64,000 nt of DNA, from contig NC_068981.1 of assembly GCF_001194135.2 (NCBI RefSeq), positions 85,937,244 to 86,001,243 on the forward strand, read 5' to 3'. This stretch comes from Octopus bimaculoides (Eukaryota). Shown piece after piece: positions 1 through 12,996 of this stretch. The translations under genes were made by a program, and so were the position numbers. Position 1 is the stretch's first letter. Each line of letters begins with the position of its first letter. The notes beneath the pieces are model-generated. The model did not search any database, was not told the DNA's origin, and saw only the letters and a list, made by a program, of their open reading frames with translations.

Positions 1-486
1 AAAGTGCTGATTTGAATATTTGAGTGGTGTCAGGATGGTAGCAATGAGGTTCTGAAGAGCTTAGCAAGTCATTATGAAGACACATGGCTTTGTACTCACG
101 TTCACAAGATTGTGGCTCCTATTTTAACATTTCATTGTTGCTCCAATCCACTCGGCTGTAAATGAGTTCCACCAGTTACTGAGATGTCCCATTCAGATTT
201 GGTGGGAGTGTTATAATTTCAATCAGCTTATAAGCTACGGAATTTGAGTTAATCTCTGGCTTTATGAATACTAGGACTCAGTGGAGAACTAATCTGTTAG
301 TTATGGTAAGAGAAACAACTATAGGACCTAACTCATGAATATTTGGGAGGGATAATAAATTATCTTAGCCTAATCTTGGATGCTTTGTTTAAGGTAAAAT
401 GCTAAGAAGGTTATATTTGATAAAAATTGATGAAACATAGTCAATCTTGGAAAATTGTGAGGCATCAAAGTGTTAGTAAATGTGAA

Positions 487-610
487 GGCACATGGCTCAT
501 GATCGTAAGATTATGGTTTCGATTCCCAGACCAGGTAATGCATTGTGTTTTTGAGCAAAGCTCTTCATTTTACGTTGCTCCTATCCACTCAGCTGGTAAA
601 AATGAGTTAT
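487..610 (+). mobile_element. Degenerate tRNA-derived SINE fragment, Meta-like family
   Basis: B-box-like GGTTTCGATTCC followed by TTTGAGCAAAGC..CCTATCCACTCAGCTGGTAAAAATGAGTT; similar to 28680-28810 (+) and to the reverse complements of 8965-9115 and 9395-9705. Confidence 0.6.
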
Positions 611-1173
611 CTCGCGACCAACCAGCATTTTTTCCAAGGAAGAATAGACCAGAGAAGCCGAGAAACCAGCTCTATGCTCCTTACAGAGTAATGTGGCCTA
701 ACCAGAGAGTTTAAACATGGGATGTGTGTAAGATTCTTAAATTGTAAAGATATGAGTTGCGAGGATTTCTGTTTCGTTTTTATCCTTAAAATTAGCTAAT
801 ATTTTTCAGTGCTGAAAATATTTTTTTTACTTGTCATTTGAGGAATATCCTCCTTGAAAATGGTTATTGTCATAAAAAGGAATTGACAATCAGCAAAGAA
901 AATTGTGAGAAAAAATGAAAAACGTCTATATGAATATATGGAAAGAAAATGTTATTACTGTTAAAAAGTTATAGCAGGTTTATAATTCTCTATATATATA
1001 GGCTGTAGCCTTTCCTCTCTTGTTATTTAGTTCTTTCACTAAATAAATACAGTTTCATTTATATTGGCCTTATGATCATGAAATCTTTCACTTATCTGTC
1101 AAGAATTTAACAGATTAGTTGTTACTGTCTTTTTTTTTTTTTGTCATCAAGATTCAGTAAACTTTTATATCAA

Positions 1174-1389
1174 ACTAGGTATATATCCGTCACTTTGCTG
1201 CCGGTAAAAATATTTGTTAATCATGCACGTATCTTTTTAATAGTGGAGACTTATAAAGTGAAAGTCTCGTTAGTTATTATGGTGACAACACTACCGATCT
1301 ATCTTTCACACACACACACACAACCACTATCTGTATTACTCAACAACAACAACCTGTTTTTTGTCTTGTAACGTTTTAATTCTTTCACA

Positions 1390-1420
<31 letters not shown>

Positions 1421-1544
1421 TGAATTTCTCAACAGCATATCACCTGTCATCATGGTGAAAGGCTTTTAAAGTCTGTTGCGTTGCCGTATGTTAAAAGATA
1501 TACAGAAATACATAAAAAAAAGAACGTTTTTGTTATATGGTGGA

Positions 1545-1580
<36 letters not shown>

Positions 1581-1787
1581 AAGCCTGTGTTGTGTTGACA
1601 GACTTGCACTTAAAATTCCCCGCGTTTTTAGTCAAAACTTGTTAGTTACTATGGTGACAACACTATCTGTATATCTACCTTTCACGCACTATCTCACTGT
1701 ATTTTCCCCCTCAACGACAATTTTTTTCTCTTCTACATGTATCTTGTGACGGATGGACGGACAGAGATCAGCTCTTTTATAATATAA
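1174..1787 (+). mobile_element. Possible non-autonomous Helitron/Helentron-like element with internal duplication
   Basis: Starts ACTAGGTATATATCCGTCAC and ends GACGGATGGACGGACAGAGATCAGCTCTTTTATAATATA, an end style I associate with non-autonomous rolling-circle families. GTTAGTTA(T/C)TATGGTGACAACACTA occurs twice (about 1268 and 1642). No coding capacity; boundaries approximate. Confidence 0.4.
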
Positions 1788-1954
1788 ATTTTTTAAAAAT
1801 ATGATTAGTGGGTTTGGTTTTCTTCTTAGCAATTGTTGCTGTTTTAATCAGACTCCCATTTATCTAATTTTAAGTACTGACATATCAACACAGTGATTAG
1901 TCAGATTTTCTTGTAAAAAAAATATTTAGTTTGGAATTAGTTTTGATATAAATA

Positions 1955-3927
1955 CAGGTATCCCGCGCATTATAGCTATATCAGGTTACGATATTTCACG
2001 CTTACGGAAATTTCGGAATGCGGTCAATAATTTCGCTCTTACGGAAACTCATATTGCATACATTTTAAATTGTTAAAGAATTTAATACTGCACTTTCTTC
2101 TTAGCTCAATGGCCATTTTGCGTTTTAGTTAAGATCTAAGTATATAGTTAATGATTTGGAAAACTATCATTACGTTACACGCACACACACACATATGTGA
2201 GAGTCAACAGGTGAGATCCAGTGATACTCAATATAGAAAACAGTAGTGCTCAGATGATTTGATCTTACTCTCCGAGATCTTTGTCGAGAATTAATTTGTT
2301 CTGTATATATGTTTATACATGAGTGTTTATCTGAATATTTTCAGTTTTTACTCCCCTCTCTCTCTCGCTATATATATATATCCCTATATATATTTACATG
2401 TGTATATGTATGTATATTTTATATATCAAGCCCAAACATGTTTATCTATATCACCCTCTCCCCCTCTATTTTTTTTTAAATGTGTGGATGTGCGTTTCTA
2501 TCATCAACACGAACGCAGCAACCAACAGTAATATAGAATGAAGTAGATAAGCAGTTCCGTTTCAAATAAAAACAATGTGGTGTCCCAGTGTATTTTAAAA
2601 GTTGAATGAAATGTCTATGAGGATTGACTGAAACCAAAAAGGTCTATAAGGGTTGACCAGAGACTAAACAGCCAGAGCAATACAGTTAGCAAGAGCAATA
2701 TAACCACTGCAACACTAACAATACACAACCACTTTGACTAACATCTAAACCAATGCAAACCATACCATCCCCACTATCAACCAACCAACTTTTGAATCCA
2801 GCTGGCTGCAACAGATAGCATGTACGCCAAAATGTGTTTGCATGAGAGAGTGTGTGTGTGTGTGTGTTTTATGTCTTAATTCGCCAAAACCTGAACTTTC
2901 TTACAGACAATATACTGAGCCACCAATTGAACGTAAATTATCTTTTTGATAATGTGAGAGTAGAATATGTCTCCAAGAATACAACTTCTTTGCTCCTGCC
3001 AATGGATCAAGGTGTGATAGCCTACTTCAAGGCATATTATATGAGATTCAACCTACAGTTAGAGATTTCTAGACGGAATTCAACATAATGGATGTTGTAG
3101 ATAATATAGCTGAGTCTGGGGATGAAGTGAAACCAACTTTGAATAATGCTTGGGAAAAAAATACGGCCAAACTGTATCCATGACATAACAATTTTTCATC
3201 AAGCAGACAGATATTGTGGTACTTGCAAAGGATGTAGGATTTGAAGAACTCGTAGGGGATAATGTGATTGAGTTGCTGGTATCGAAGGAAGAAAGTTTAT
3301 CTAACGAGGAGCTGATGCTGGAAAAAGAAACTAAAAATACAAATGAGACGACAGAAGTTCCACCTCCATCATATAAATTGGCTACAAAAAAATATTGCGG
3401 AAGGGTTGGCACTTATAGAGAAGATTTTACAGGTTTTTGCTGATAATGATACTAATTGTAATCGTAAAATAAAATTACAAGTGGAATTTACAATAAGCTC
3501 AGTTTCTATACTGAGCTGTACAAAGAGATGGTGCGTCAAGCTGATGTTTGTGATAATGACTACAAGATAGTAAATATTGTCCCTCATCCTTCTAGTAACA
3601 TTCATTCCACAGCCATTACTTAACAGTAGTCAACATCTTTTGTAGTAAGAACGTATTCTTACGATATTACTATTCTTATTAATTCCCTAACGTATTCCTC
3701 TCGAAATGTTTTTGTTTTTATGTATCTGGCATATTGGACCGTGTATGTTTAGAAATTGTTATTTTCGTGTATTGAAGGTGGTTGCTTGCTCTCCTCCTCC
3801 CTAAAATGTCCACAGGAATGCAATTTCACTTGATATGAAAATCAATAAGGAAATTCCACATTGCGAAACTTCGCGTTACGGACAAGCTTTCAGAAACGCA
3901 TTCTTTCCGTAAAACGAGGGATTCTTG
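1955..3927 (+). mobile_element. Eroded Tigger/pogo-family DNA transposon with both TIRs
   Basis: Left TA|CAGGTATCCCGCGCATTATAG; right end reverse-complements to TA|CAAGAATCCCTCGTTTTACGG, with TA at 1953-54 and 3928-29. Internal fragments NVRVEYVSKNTTSLLLPMDQGVIAYFKAYY (pogo DDE motif) and LAKDVGFEELVGDNVIELLVSKEESLSNEELM (Tigger C-terminus). Confidence 0.85.
2950..3443 (+). pseudogene. Tigger/pogo transposase remnant (frameshifted DDE and C-terminal region)
   Basis: ORF fragments 2852..3088 and 3216..3443 carry the NTTSLLLPMDQGVI and GFEELVGDNVIELL motifs in different frames. Confidence 0.8.
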
Positions 3928-4529
3928 TACATTACAAAATCTAGTTAAATACTAAGTCAACTCCAGCATTCAATCTAATTGTTATCTTGTACTGCATTTT
4001 CACTCAGGTAAACAATTACTTTTCTCTGACTCGTAAAAGGTCATGATATTGTTAAATAAGTGGAGTATGTTCAGTCTCTGTCTCTCTTTCTCTATCTCTC
4101 TCTCTCTCTCTCTCCTTTCTATTTGGTGGGTGTGGGGAGGGATTTTAGTGATGCTATGATGATCGTCATCATGTTAACGTCTACTTTTCCATCTCGCATG
4201 GGTCAGACGAAATTTGTTGTTGAGGCATTTTCTACTGTTGGATGCCCTTTCTCTTGCTTACCTCCACCTATTCCAAGCTAAGTTACACTCGCCCGTGTCT
4301 GGATGTGTTTTTATAGATAACCCCATTCCTGTGACTGTCAGTCATTTACAACTATTACACGATGTCATGACAAGGAGGCAAACACACACACACACACACA
4401 CACACCTCTTACAGGTTCCGCACATGAAATCCACTCAGGGCATTGCTTGATTCAAGGCTATAGTAGAAGACACTTGCCCTCTGAAAAATATTTCTTTACG
4501 CGCTTTTTTCATCACTTCAAATAAATATC

Positions 4530-4670
4530 GGCTTCAAATTTTGGTATAAGGCCAGCAGTTTTTGGGGGGCGGGGCCAAGTCGATTACATCGACCCCCTAG
4601 TGTTCAACTGGTACTTATTTTATCGACTTCCGAAAGGATGAAAGGTAAAGTCAATCTCAGCGAGATTTCA
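4530..4670 (-). mobile_element. Nin-domain-like SINE fragment
   Basis: CAAATTTTGGTATAAGGCCAGC..GTCGATTACATCGACC..CTGGTACTTATTTTATCGAC..GAAAGGATGAAAGG matches the reverse complement of the family body. Confidence 0.75.
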
Positions 4671-5004
4671 ACTAAGCATTTTCCCCCGATAGATTAAATA
4701 CCAAAATTAGCAATAAGTGCTAGGGTCGATTTGTTTGACCAAACCCTTCGAAGCGATGCTGAAGCATGGCCGCGATCCAATGACTGAAACAGGTACAAAA
4801 TAAATCCAAGAAATAAAATTTCATCTTATTACATTAGGCAATCATGTCATATTAACAATATAGGCTTTCATGACTTGTTTCTAACTTGATCAGCAATTAT
4901 AAAAGACCCGCCTATAAAATACATTAGATCTTCCGTTTAAAAAAAATGACTTGGCTTTATAGGGGCGGGGAATGCTGAAAATAGCAACAATCTGTAATTG
5001 GAAG

Positions 5005-5303
5005 GAAATGATCAAGATTTTGGGTTCAGTCCCACTGCGCGGCACCTTGGGCAAATGTCCTCTACTGTTGCCTCGAGTCTTGTGAGTGAATTTGGTAGAT
5101 GAAAACCGAGGAAGCACATTGTGTGTGTGTGCTTGTGCGCCACTGCTTGACAGCTGGTGTTGGTTTACGTTCCTGTGACTTAGCGGTTCAGCAAGAAGTT
5201 AACGGTTTATATACTAAGTACTGGGATTGATTTGTTCAACTAAAACACTTGAAGGTGGTGTCCCAGCATGGCTGCAGTTCAATAACTGGAGCAAGTAAAA
5301 GAA
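5005..5303 (+). mobile_element. CORE-like tRNA-derived SINE
   Basis: GGGTTCAGTCCCACTGCGCGGCACCTTGGGCAAATGTCCTCTACT (B box plus CORE-like start), internal (GT)n, tail CCAGCATGGCTGCAGTTCAATAACTGGAGCAAGTAAAAGA. Confidence 0.75.
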
Positions 5304-6244
5304 GGTGTAACGAATAATTTTAATAATGACATCTTATTGATATTTCTTCGTTTAAAGACTGAGATATATATTTAAATAAGTCTTAATTTTTTTTCAATCC
5401 AAAACTGGTTAAAAAGTTATGGTGCTTAAACGCAAGAAAATCACTGCCAGTGATTTTCCTATTAAGCACCATATACGTTATTGGTTTAATGTTTTTGTTT
5501 TCTTTACAGTAACATTTGACATCTTTTAAAGGTTAGAACGTGTCTTACTTCTTTTATCATATTCAAGTGTTGTGTACATTATCATTTTCCTTAAATCTTT
5601 TAAAATGGAGTTTGTAGTCCCTTAAACTTGGTTACTAGGCATAACTGATCTTCCAAATTGAAGGAAATTGAATTGTTTTACTTATTTTTTGTTTTAAACA
5701 ATTCATTAATTTTTATGTAATTCACTTTAGTTAGCTATAAGTTACATAAAGTTTCCCTGACCTATTTCCGTTAGCCTACATACTAATAGATAACCAAATA
5801 CAGGTAAGTTGACTGCTGTACTTGAAGTGAGTACAGATGATTGGTATTTATGAAATTAATCATTAAAACTAAAATTTTCTATGCTACACGTGAAACCGGA
5901 GCCCGAATATCTCAAGTACCAATGCTTCATATTTCACTGTAGTTACTAATATTTTAGTGACATTTCAAATCAGTATTAGCTCTCCAATGTATTCCTTAGA
6001 GAGAAACATTTAACTCCCGCTAGCTACCTGTTAATTATCAAATACTAATGCTAATGATCCAGCCAGCTACAGAAGAATAGGCTGAATTTTACTAGTAGTA
6101 TTTCTAGGTGGGAAGCATTTAGTATAGAAAACACATTGGCTTGAGTCCATGACTGTTTCTATTTCAGATCGTAGATACTTTCACCTTACGTTGCTCATGT
6201 TACCGAGAAGTAAATGAGGATTGTAGTTATTGCATTCTCTTCAG

Positions 6245-6325
6245 AGTTTAACTTTAGGCTTTATGGATAGCTGCAGAGTATGTCTAGAAATTACTTCTGT
6301 GTACTTATTTCTTAATGGATATCAT
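6245..6325 (+). CDS. Candidate internal coding exon, unknown gene (SLTLGFMDSCRVCLEITSVYLFLNGYH)
   Basis: Acceptor TGCATTCTCTTCAG, donor CAT|GTGAGT; 81 nt, open only in phase 0; no homology recognised. Confidence 0.25.
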
Positions 6326-7150
6326 GTGAGTAAGCTAGAAAGAGATTTGTGGGAGTTTACAACCCGCTGTACACATACCAAAGGATAAAAGTCTGCTCAG
6401 TGAAACTCGTTGTGCAGCTTTGATACCCGATTGAATTCACATTAGAGAAAACATACTTTCTCCCCGCTTACGAATGTATAGCTCTGTTTCTAAGTAAGAA
6501 ATTAATTAAAAAGCAAGCAGAGTTGTATGGTAAGCTCAGGCCCGTAGTATAGGCTCGTCTGCATTGAATTGCACTTTTCAAAATCGTTTGCGGTTGAAAT
6601 AGATATTAAGTTTACAATGGTTTCGAATTGACCAAATTTGTAGCTGTACTAAAATAAGAAAGCAACATTCTGAAGAAAAAAGTATGACATTTTTTATTGT
6701 AGCAGTAAACAATTCGCGGAAATTATAAACAAGGCCATTAATTCTTGTTTAGATTCATTAGTCCGGGCACTTCTGGCTGATGAGAATTAAGATGTCGAAA
6801 CAGCGGTGTTCCAGAATCGAGTACAAAGAAGAAACTGTTCTATGACAAACACAGCTGCAATTAACATATTTCCGTTCGTATCTGCCGATATGTATTAGGA
6901 ATAAATATGCAAGTCATCGCTTCGAATCTCGCTGTTCACCGTGTATATAACAATTTATTATAATATTTATTGTAGATTTAGTGTTACTATGAACTTTCTA
7001 ATGAAATTTATAACTAGTGGGGAAATACTAAACATTTTTATTTGAAAAACTTTCAATAAAGAGAACCCTGAAATGTTTGTATTTTCTGCTCAAATTCTTC
7101 ATCTCTACATAGATTTTAAAATCAGAAAGTAAAGAACACCATACATAGTT

Positions 7151-7368
7151 AATATTGGTTTCAAATTTTGGCACAAGGTCAACAAATTCGGATCGGGGGC
7201 AAGTCATTTACATTGACCCCAGTATTCAACTGGTACCTATTCTGTCGACCCCGAAGGGATGTAAGGCATAGTCGACCTCGGCGGAATGTGAACTTGGGAC
7301 GTAAAAATGAACGAAATGCCACTAAACATTTTGCCCAGCGTGCTAACGATTCTTCTAGCTCGCCGCAT
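7151..7368 (-). mobile_element. Near full-length Nin-domain-like tRNA-SINE
   Basis: Head GGCGAGCTAGAAGAATCGTTAGC on the minus strand, Nin-like core (GTCGAC..CCTTCGGGGTCGAC..GTACCAGTTG) and tail ending GAAACCAATATT. Confidence 0.85.
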
Positions 7369-8684
7369 TACGTATTAGTAATGAAAAAAGAAAAGAACCT
7401 TTACAAACTCGTTTTCTTTCTTTCTTTCTTTCTTTCAAACAAATGACATATTCATGAGGTTTTCTTACACTTTGATAACCAAGCTCGAGCTCATGTAGCA
7501 GATGCATTTCTCCAAATATTCTCTAATTCCCTGTCGCCCACGCATTTCAATATCCTTATTACTATTTCTCAATGATTTTTATGGAGGCAAAACTGTCATT
7601 TAATTACAACATGAAATTATTATGCTAAAAAATAAAACAAAAAACAAAAACTATATTTATCGACGATCATTCATAATAAATTCATAATAATGTACAAACA
7701 GAAACCAGAAAACAATGCCAACTCAAACATCGTTAAATTCTCTAAAAGAACAAAAGTATTCAAATATATTTAATGTTTCTTAAATAAAAAAAAAATATTC
7801 AACATATTTCATCAAATATAGTAGTAAATCCACTGGATTATCTTTGCATAATCGAAGCAAAAAGAAACTATCAAAAAGGCATCTGAAGTTTCAAACCTGA
7901 AACTTTATGTTGAAGTCTTTTCAAGAAGTCTCTTCAAGGGCATTCTATTGTGTTTTTATGCAGAGAAGTATCGTATGGACGAGAGTATTAGTTAAGGAGT
8001 TACGATATTTGAAATGCCAGCACTTTCCATCGATACGGTATCTATACACCGTCGGCACAACATACTTGATATACTCAAGATGTTTCTGGATAAGCCCAAT
8101 GGTGTATGGGATTTTAAAGTTTATTCTGAATCTATGATAATTCGAATAATATCACGGAGTTTCAACAAAAGAAAGAATTTTTAATGAAGAATATTACTTT
8201 TGCACTGTGGTTCATGTTTGTAATTTTATTCTATTGACTTTACGGCTGCAATATAGAATGACCGTATGTCTATAGATATTTACTTTACAAAGTGTAGAGT
8301 AAAACTGCTCCTTAAGTCTGTGAGGTCGCACTGAAAACGTCGTTGCTCTGAGCAAGTCAGTTAAGTTGTACATATTCCGTTCTAAGTTACTGACTTCGAC
8401 TGGAAATGGAAAGGATAACTGAAGTTAGAATGCAATCTGTCAAACAATAAGGATTTTGTATAAATTCTGCTCGTCGTAGGAATCGGGAGTTTTTCAAAAA
8501 TCAATAATATTAATATGCCAGCTTGTTCTTTTTGTACGTACCTGTGGTGTGTGTCACATTTCAAAAGCAGAAGTGAGTGGCAAAGCGAGAGAAAGAGAGA
8601 GTGAAAGAAACAATGAGTGGCGACGGCGTTCGTTTTGCGTTTTTAAATGTTTCAGAGAGGAAGTAAGAGAGAAAAAGAGAGTGT

Positions 8685-8727
<43 letters not shown>

Positions 8728-8964
8728 TGTGTAAGAAACAGTGAGTGGTGACGGCGTTCGTTTTGTGTTTTTAAATGTTTATTACATCACAAGAAAAGTT
8801 GATACATAGATACATACACATTGTTAAATTAAAAGCGGGAGAAGGGAGGGACACAGAGGAAGTGAAAGAGAAAGAGGGAAAGCGAAAGAGACAGTAGATA
8901 CATAGATCCATAGACACAGCAAATATTGGATGTCACTTTCATTTTTCATTACCACACGAGGATA

Positions 8965-9115
8965 AAATTAGCTCACAAATGGCTGAGTACTCCACAGACA
9001 TGCATACCATTAACGTAGTTCTCAGTGAGATTCAGCCTCACACAGAATATGACAAGGCTGGCCCCTTTGAATTACAGCCACGACTCATTTTGGCCAGCTG
9101 AGTGGACTGGAGCAA
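8965..9115 (-). mobile_element. Meta-like SINE fragment
   Basis: TGGCTGAGTACTCCACAG..ACAAGGCTGGCCC..GACTCATTTT..CTGAGTGGACTG; highly similar to 9477-9610. Confidence 0.75.
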
Positions 9116-9394
9116 GATAAACTTTCAAGTAGTTGGAAGAAAATGAAAAAAGATCCTATATAGAGGCAGGAAAATATTTTTAGTCGTTAGGGTCACTATG
9201 GGTCACACAGATCTGGAAGTCAAGCCCCCAGATAAACACTGATGCGCAGGCTGCTGTTATCAAACTGAGCGTAAGTTGAGGGCGAATACACGACGGAATA
9301 GCAATTATTTCGTCTTAGCTTTCGCTGCTTACACTAAACACATTTTTGCCTTACGATATGGAACATTTCCTTTTCTTTCACTCTTTTTAAAAGA

Positions 9395-9705
9395 TAGCAC
9401 TCCGTCGCTTACGACAACGAGGTTCCTGTTTATCTCTGATCAACGGAACAGTCTGTTCGTAAAATTAACGCGCAAGTGGCTGAGTACTCCACAGGCATGC
9501 ATACCATAAGGTAGTTCTGAGGGAGATTCAGCCTCACACAGAATGTAACAAGGCTGGCCTCTTTGAATTTCAGCTACGACTCATTTTTGGGAGCTGAGTG
9601 GACTGCAATAAGGTGAAGTAGAGTACTTTGCTCAAAAACACAGCGCGCCGCAGAGAATCGTACTCAAAACTTTACGATCGTGGGCCGAATACCCCTAACC
9701 ACCGA
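9395..9705 (-). mobile_element. Meta-like tRNA-derived SINE, near full length
   Basis: Minus strand reads tRNA-like head GGTGGTTAGGGGTATTCGGCCCACGATCGTAAAG, then TTTGAGCAAAGTAC..GCAGTCCACTCAGCT..AAATGAGTCG and a distinct tail. Confidence 0.75.
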
Positions 9706-10227
9706 ACCAATCACCTTCATTCTCTTAACCGTAGAGAAAAGGAACGAAGCGATAGAGACAGAGAAAGAAAAGCCTTAGTCATTTGCAATGACAATTAGGC
9801 TGAAATACGATCGCTCTTTATAGCTTCTTTACTTTTAACAACAAAGATGAGGGAAAGACATTTAGTAATGAATAGAGGGAAAGTCATTCAGGTTATTACA
9901 TTTTTATTCTGGGAGTTCTAGAACGATTGAGTGTTACTTCTCTCTTCTTTCTCCCACTCCCGGTACTTATTCGCCTTCTTTCATAGTTCTTCATTTCTTT
10001 TAGTTGAGAGAGAAAGACCATGTTTTTTTTTCAGGCACATTTAACGTTTTTTTTTACAAACTACAAACACCCCACCACCTCTTTTTGTTTTTTCATACAA
10101 AATCTAATGGAGATTTCGAACAGAGTCCAGAAAATTGGGTAATATCCCCTACAAAATGGGTGGGAGAGAAAAGTTGCCAACAGGTGGCTACACGAATTTC
10201 AACTCTATACTTTAAAGAGTGTATTCT

Positions 10228-10512
10228 ACTATAGCTTCGGGCCAACCAAAGCCTCGTGAGTGAATTTGGCAGACGGAAACTGAAAGAAGCCCGTCATATG
10301 TGTATGTGTGTGTCTGTGTTTGTCTCTCCACTACCGTTGTTTGACAACTGATGTTGGTGTGTTTGCATCCCCGTAACTTAGCTATTTAGCTGAAATGACT
10401 GATAGAATAAGCACCAGGTTTACAGGGAATAAGTCCAGGGGTCGATTTCTTCGACTAAAAGGCGGTGCTCTAGCATGGCCACAGTCAAATGACTGAAAGA
10501 AGTAAAAGAATA
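10228..10512 (+). mobile_element. 5'-truncated CORE-like SINE
   Basis: GGGCCAACCAAAGCCTCGTGAGTGAATTTGGCAGACGGAAACTGAAAGAAGCCCG..GGCGGTGCTCTAGCATGGCCACAGTCAAATGACTGAAAGAAGTAAAAGA. Confidence 0.85.
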
Positions 10513-12996
10513 CCAGAAGAAAGTTCCGTACCACTAAACCAAGAAGATATTTTGAATATGTACGATCTATTTTAAGGCTAAATAGTAATTCTGTTTACGT
10601 TTGCGTAACAGATATTTTGGTTGGATTATATAGTTATCAGTTTTACACTTCTTTCTATATTCTGTAACTGTCACAATATAGAAACAGTTCTCATGGCACC
10701 AGCCCACAATTTACAGATGCTTACATTTTTTATGTTTTCCGTGAATTTTTCCCGGGTCCAGCTAATCTACTATAATTGTTGTAACAGCCTCATAACAACC
10801 AGTGGGTTATTCTTGCAAAAGAAAAAGAAAAAAAAATCGTTTTTCACATTAGCACTAACTAGATCACAAATTTTATGAGTTGTGTCGACTGATTAATTTC
10901 AGCATATGATCGGTACTTTTATCGGCACTAGTGCGATTTGAACTCAGAATGTAATTAAAAAACGCCAGGCCAATATTCATATGTTCATACCATTTACTAC
11001 CATAGTTGAAAAATAATGATTTTTAACTAATTTGTATTCGGGAGACAGATGACTACAAACATATCCCAGTGATTGACTGAGATTTATTTTATCATTCCGG
11101 GCAAAATGATATAAGTGATAGTCGACCTCAGTGAAATTTAATTGAAAATGTAAATAGCATAGTACCCAGTCTCTCACATACCGTCCTTCTCTCAACGAAA
11201 CCATTAAAATAATTTTTTCTCAAATTTTAAAGAAAGCAAATATGGACAGAACCTAATATATTGATACGTTAGTATCGAACTTTTTACTTGTACAAAGTAG
11301 CGTCTCACATTTTTGTTCTTATTAATTCTACAGTGGCTATTTTCATTATTTGGTTGTCAATTTAATTCATTATGCATTTATGTGTAAAAAATGTGCTTCC
11401 TTGTAAATTTGCTATATTTTTCTTTAATAAATTGCGATATTGAGTTATTTATGTCTATTTCGATTTTGTGGAGAGGAGTTCAAGTTCTACAAAACATCTG
11501 AGCCATTGATACGTTCCTGGTACTTAGTTTCTTACAAAATCTAACTGAAATAGGTGAACATATATGAGAATATATTCAAAAACATAACTGACTGAAGAAG
11601 CTTGCAAATCAATGTTTTTTTNNNNNNNNNNNNNNNNNNNNNNNNNNNNNNNNNGGGGGGTGACGGTGATTCGTAAAATATTTGTGATAGATATGTTCCA
11701 TCTTCATTTTTTGAACTTTAACGCAATTTAGATAAAAAAAAAAACCCCGAGTAATATGCAATGAGTCGGTGCCGATCACAAGTGAACCAAAGGAATGCAG
11801 TTATTGTGAAGAAAGGAAAAACTACCGTTACTTCGAACTTAGGTCCTTTACCGATGAAAAGAATATGTGTGCTGTTATAACGGACGAAAGTAGCTGCACC
11901 ATAGTTATTTAAGGGAAGTGAAAGAAGACAAACCACCACCACCACCACCACCACCGTCCCAAAATGAAACAATAAAATTATGCAAAATGTGAAAAAAGCA
12001 TTATTGGTTATTATCTTTTAGTTTTTAACAAAATAAGCCTTCAAAAGTACTGACTTAAAAATCTTGAAAATAGTTAAGTTTGGAGAAAAATGACTAAGGA
12101 AATGCTAAATTGAACCGAATATGCTGGGATCTTTTTTTTATGAAAAAGGAAGTTTATTATTAAAATAGTAATATGAAAAGAAAAAAATGAATTTGAATTT
12201 GTAAAAATGTTCGAGTTCTGAATAAGACAGAAGGTTTGATGAACTGGTTGAGACAAGAAGACTAAGATAAATATTTTGTACTTTTTCTGTATTCCACTAT
12301 TTCGAATTCTGCTTTCATTTTTTTTATCTGGATCGAGTTGGAGTTAAATGTGTCGACTATGCTGAAATAAATTAACCTCGATTTCAACGCCAAATTAAGT
12401 GAATAAGAGATATGAAACCAAAATAATAATTGAATAATCGTTTTGCGTGCATCACTGTTTATTGATTTCATTCATAAATACAAGTGTGAAAAGAAATATA
12501 GTAAACGACGAATGTTCTGTTCCCGTATCACTTAAATGATTATCTAAGTTACTGATACTTTGTACCAAATTTAGAGAGGAATATGGCTTGCAAAGAACTA
12601 TTAACTGATTGGGTTTTTGGCTTCTGCTTTTTTTTAATCATAAGGTTGCCTTATTTAATTGCTTTTAATGCTCATGAGAAAGAAGCGAATATCGTAATTT
12701 CTCAAAAAAATATTTCAAATTTCATAACGATAAAAAAAAAAAGCCACTATGGAGATAATTAATCCTGGTTTAGAATTTCAGATTAACCACTGAGTCTCTG
12801 CTAGCAAACACACTTAAAAATAATTAATGATAAAACTTGATGCTTGTCATTATTCGGAATATATATGAATGTCTCAGTTATTCCTTGACTATTTGTCTTC
12901 ATGAGCAATCATCAGTCAGTGATTAGCCATATTAATTCATGATGTAGGTAAAGTGAAGATATAATTCAGCTAGAAATTTAAATCGTATCACAAATA

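Noticed and set aside
6168-6244. Exon 6168-6209 plus a 35-nt intron, raising the idea of tiny-intron parasite DNA
   Set aside because: The intron is implausibly short, only one example exists, and the region is contiguous with host-type SINEs.
7907-8137. Unique-looking ORF and open frames on both strands
   Set aside because: No motif and no convincing splice sites; compatible with chance.
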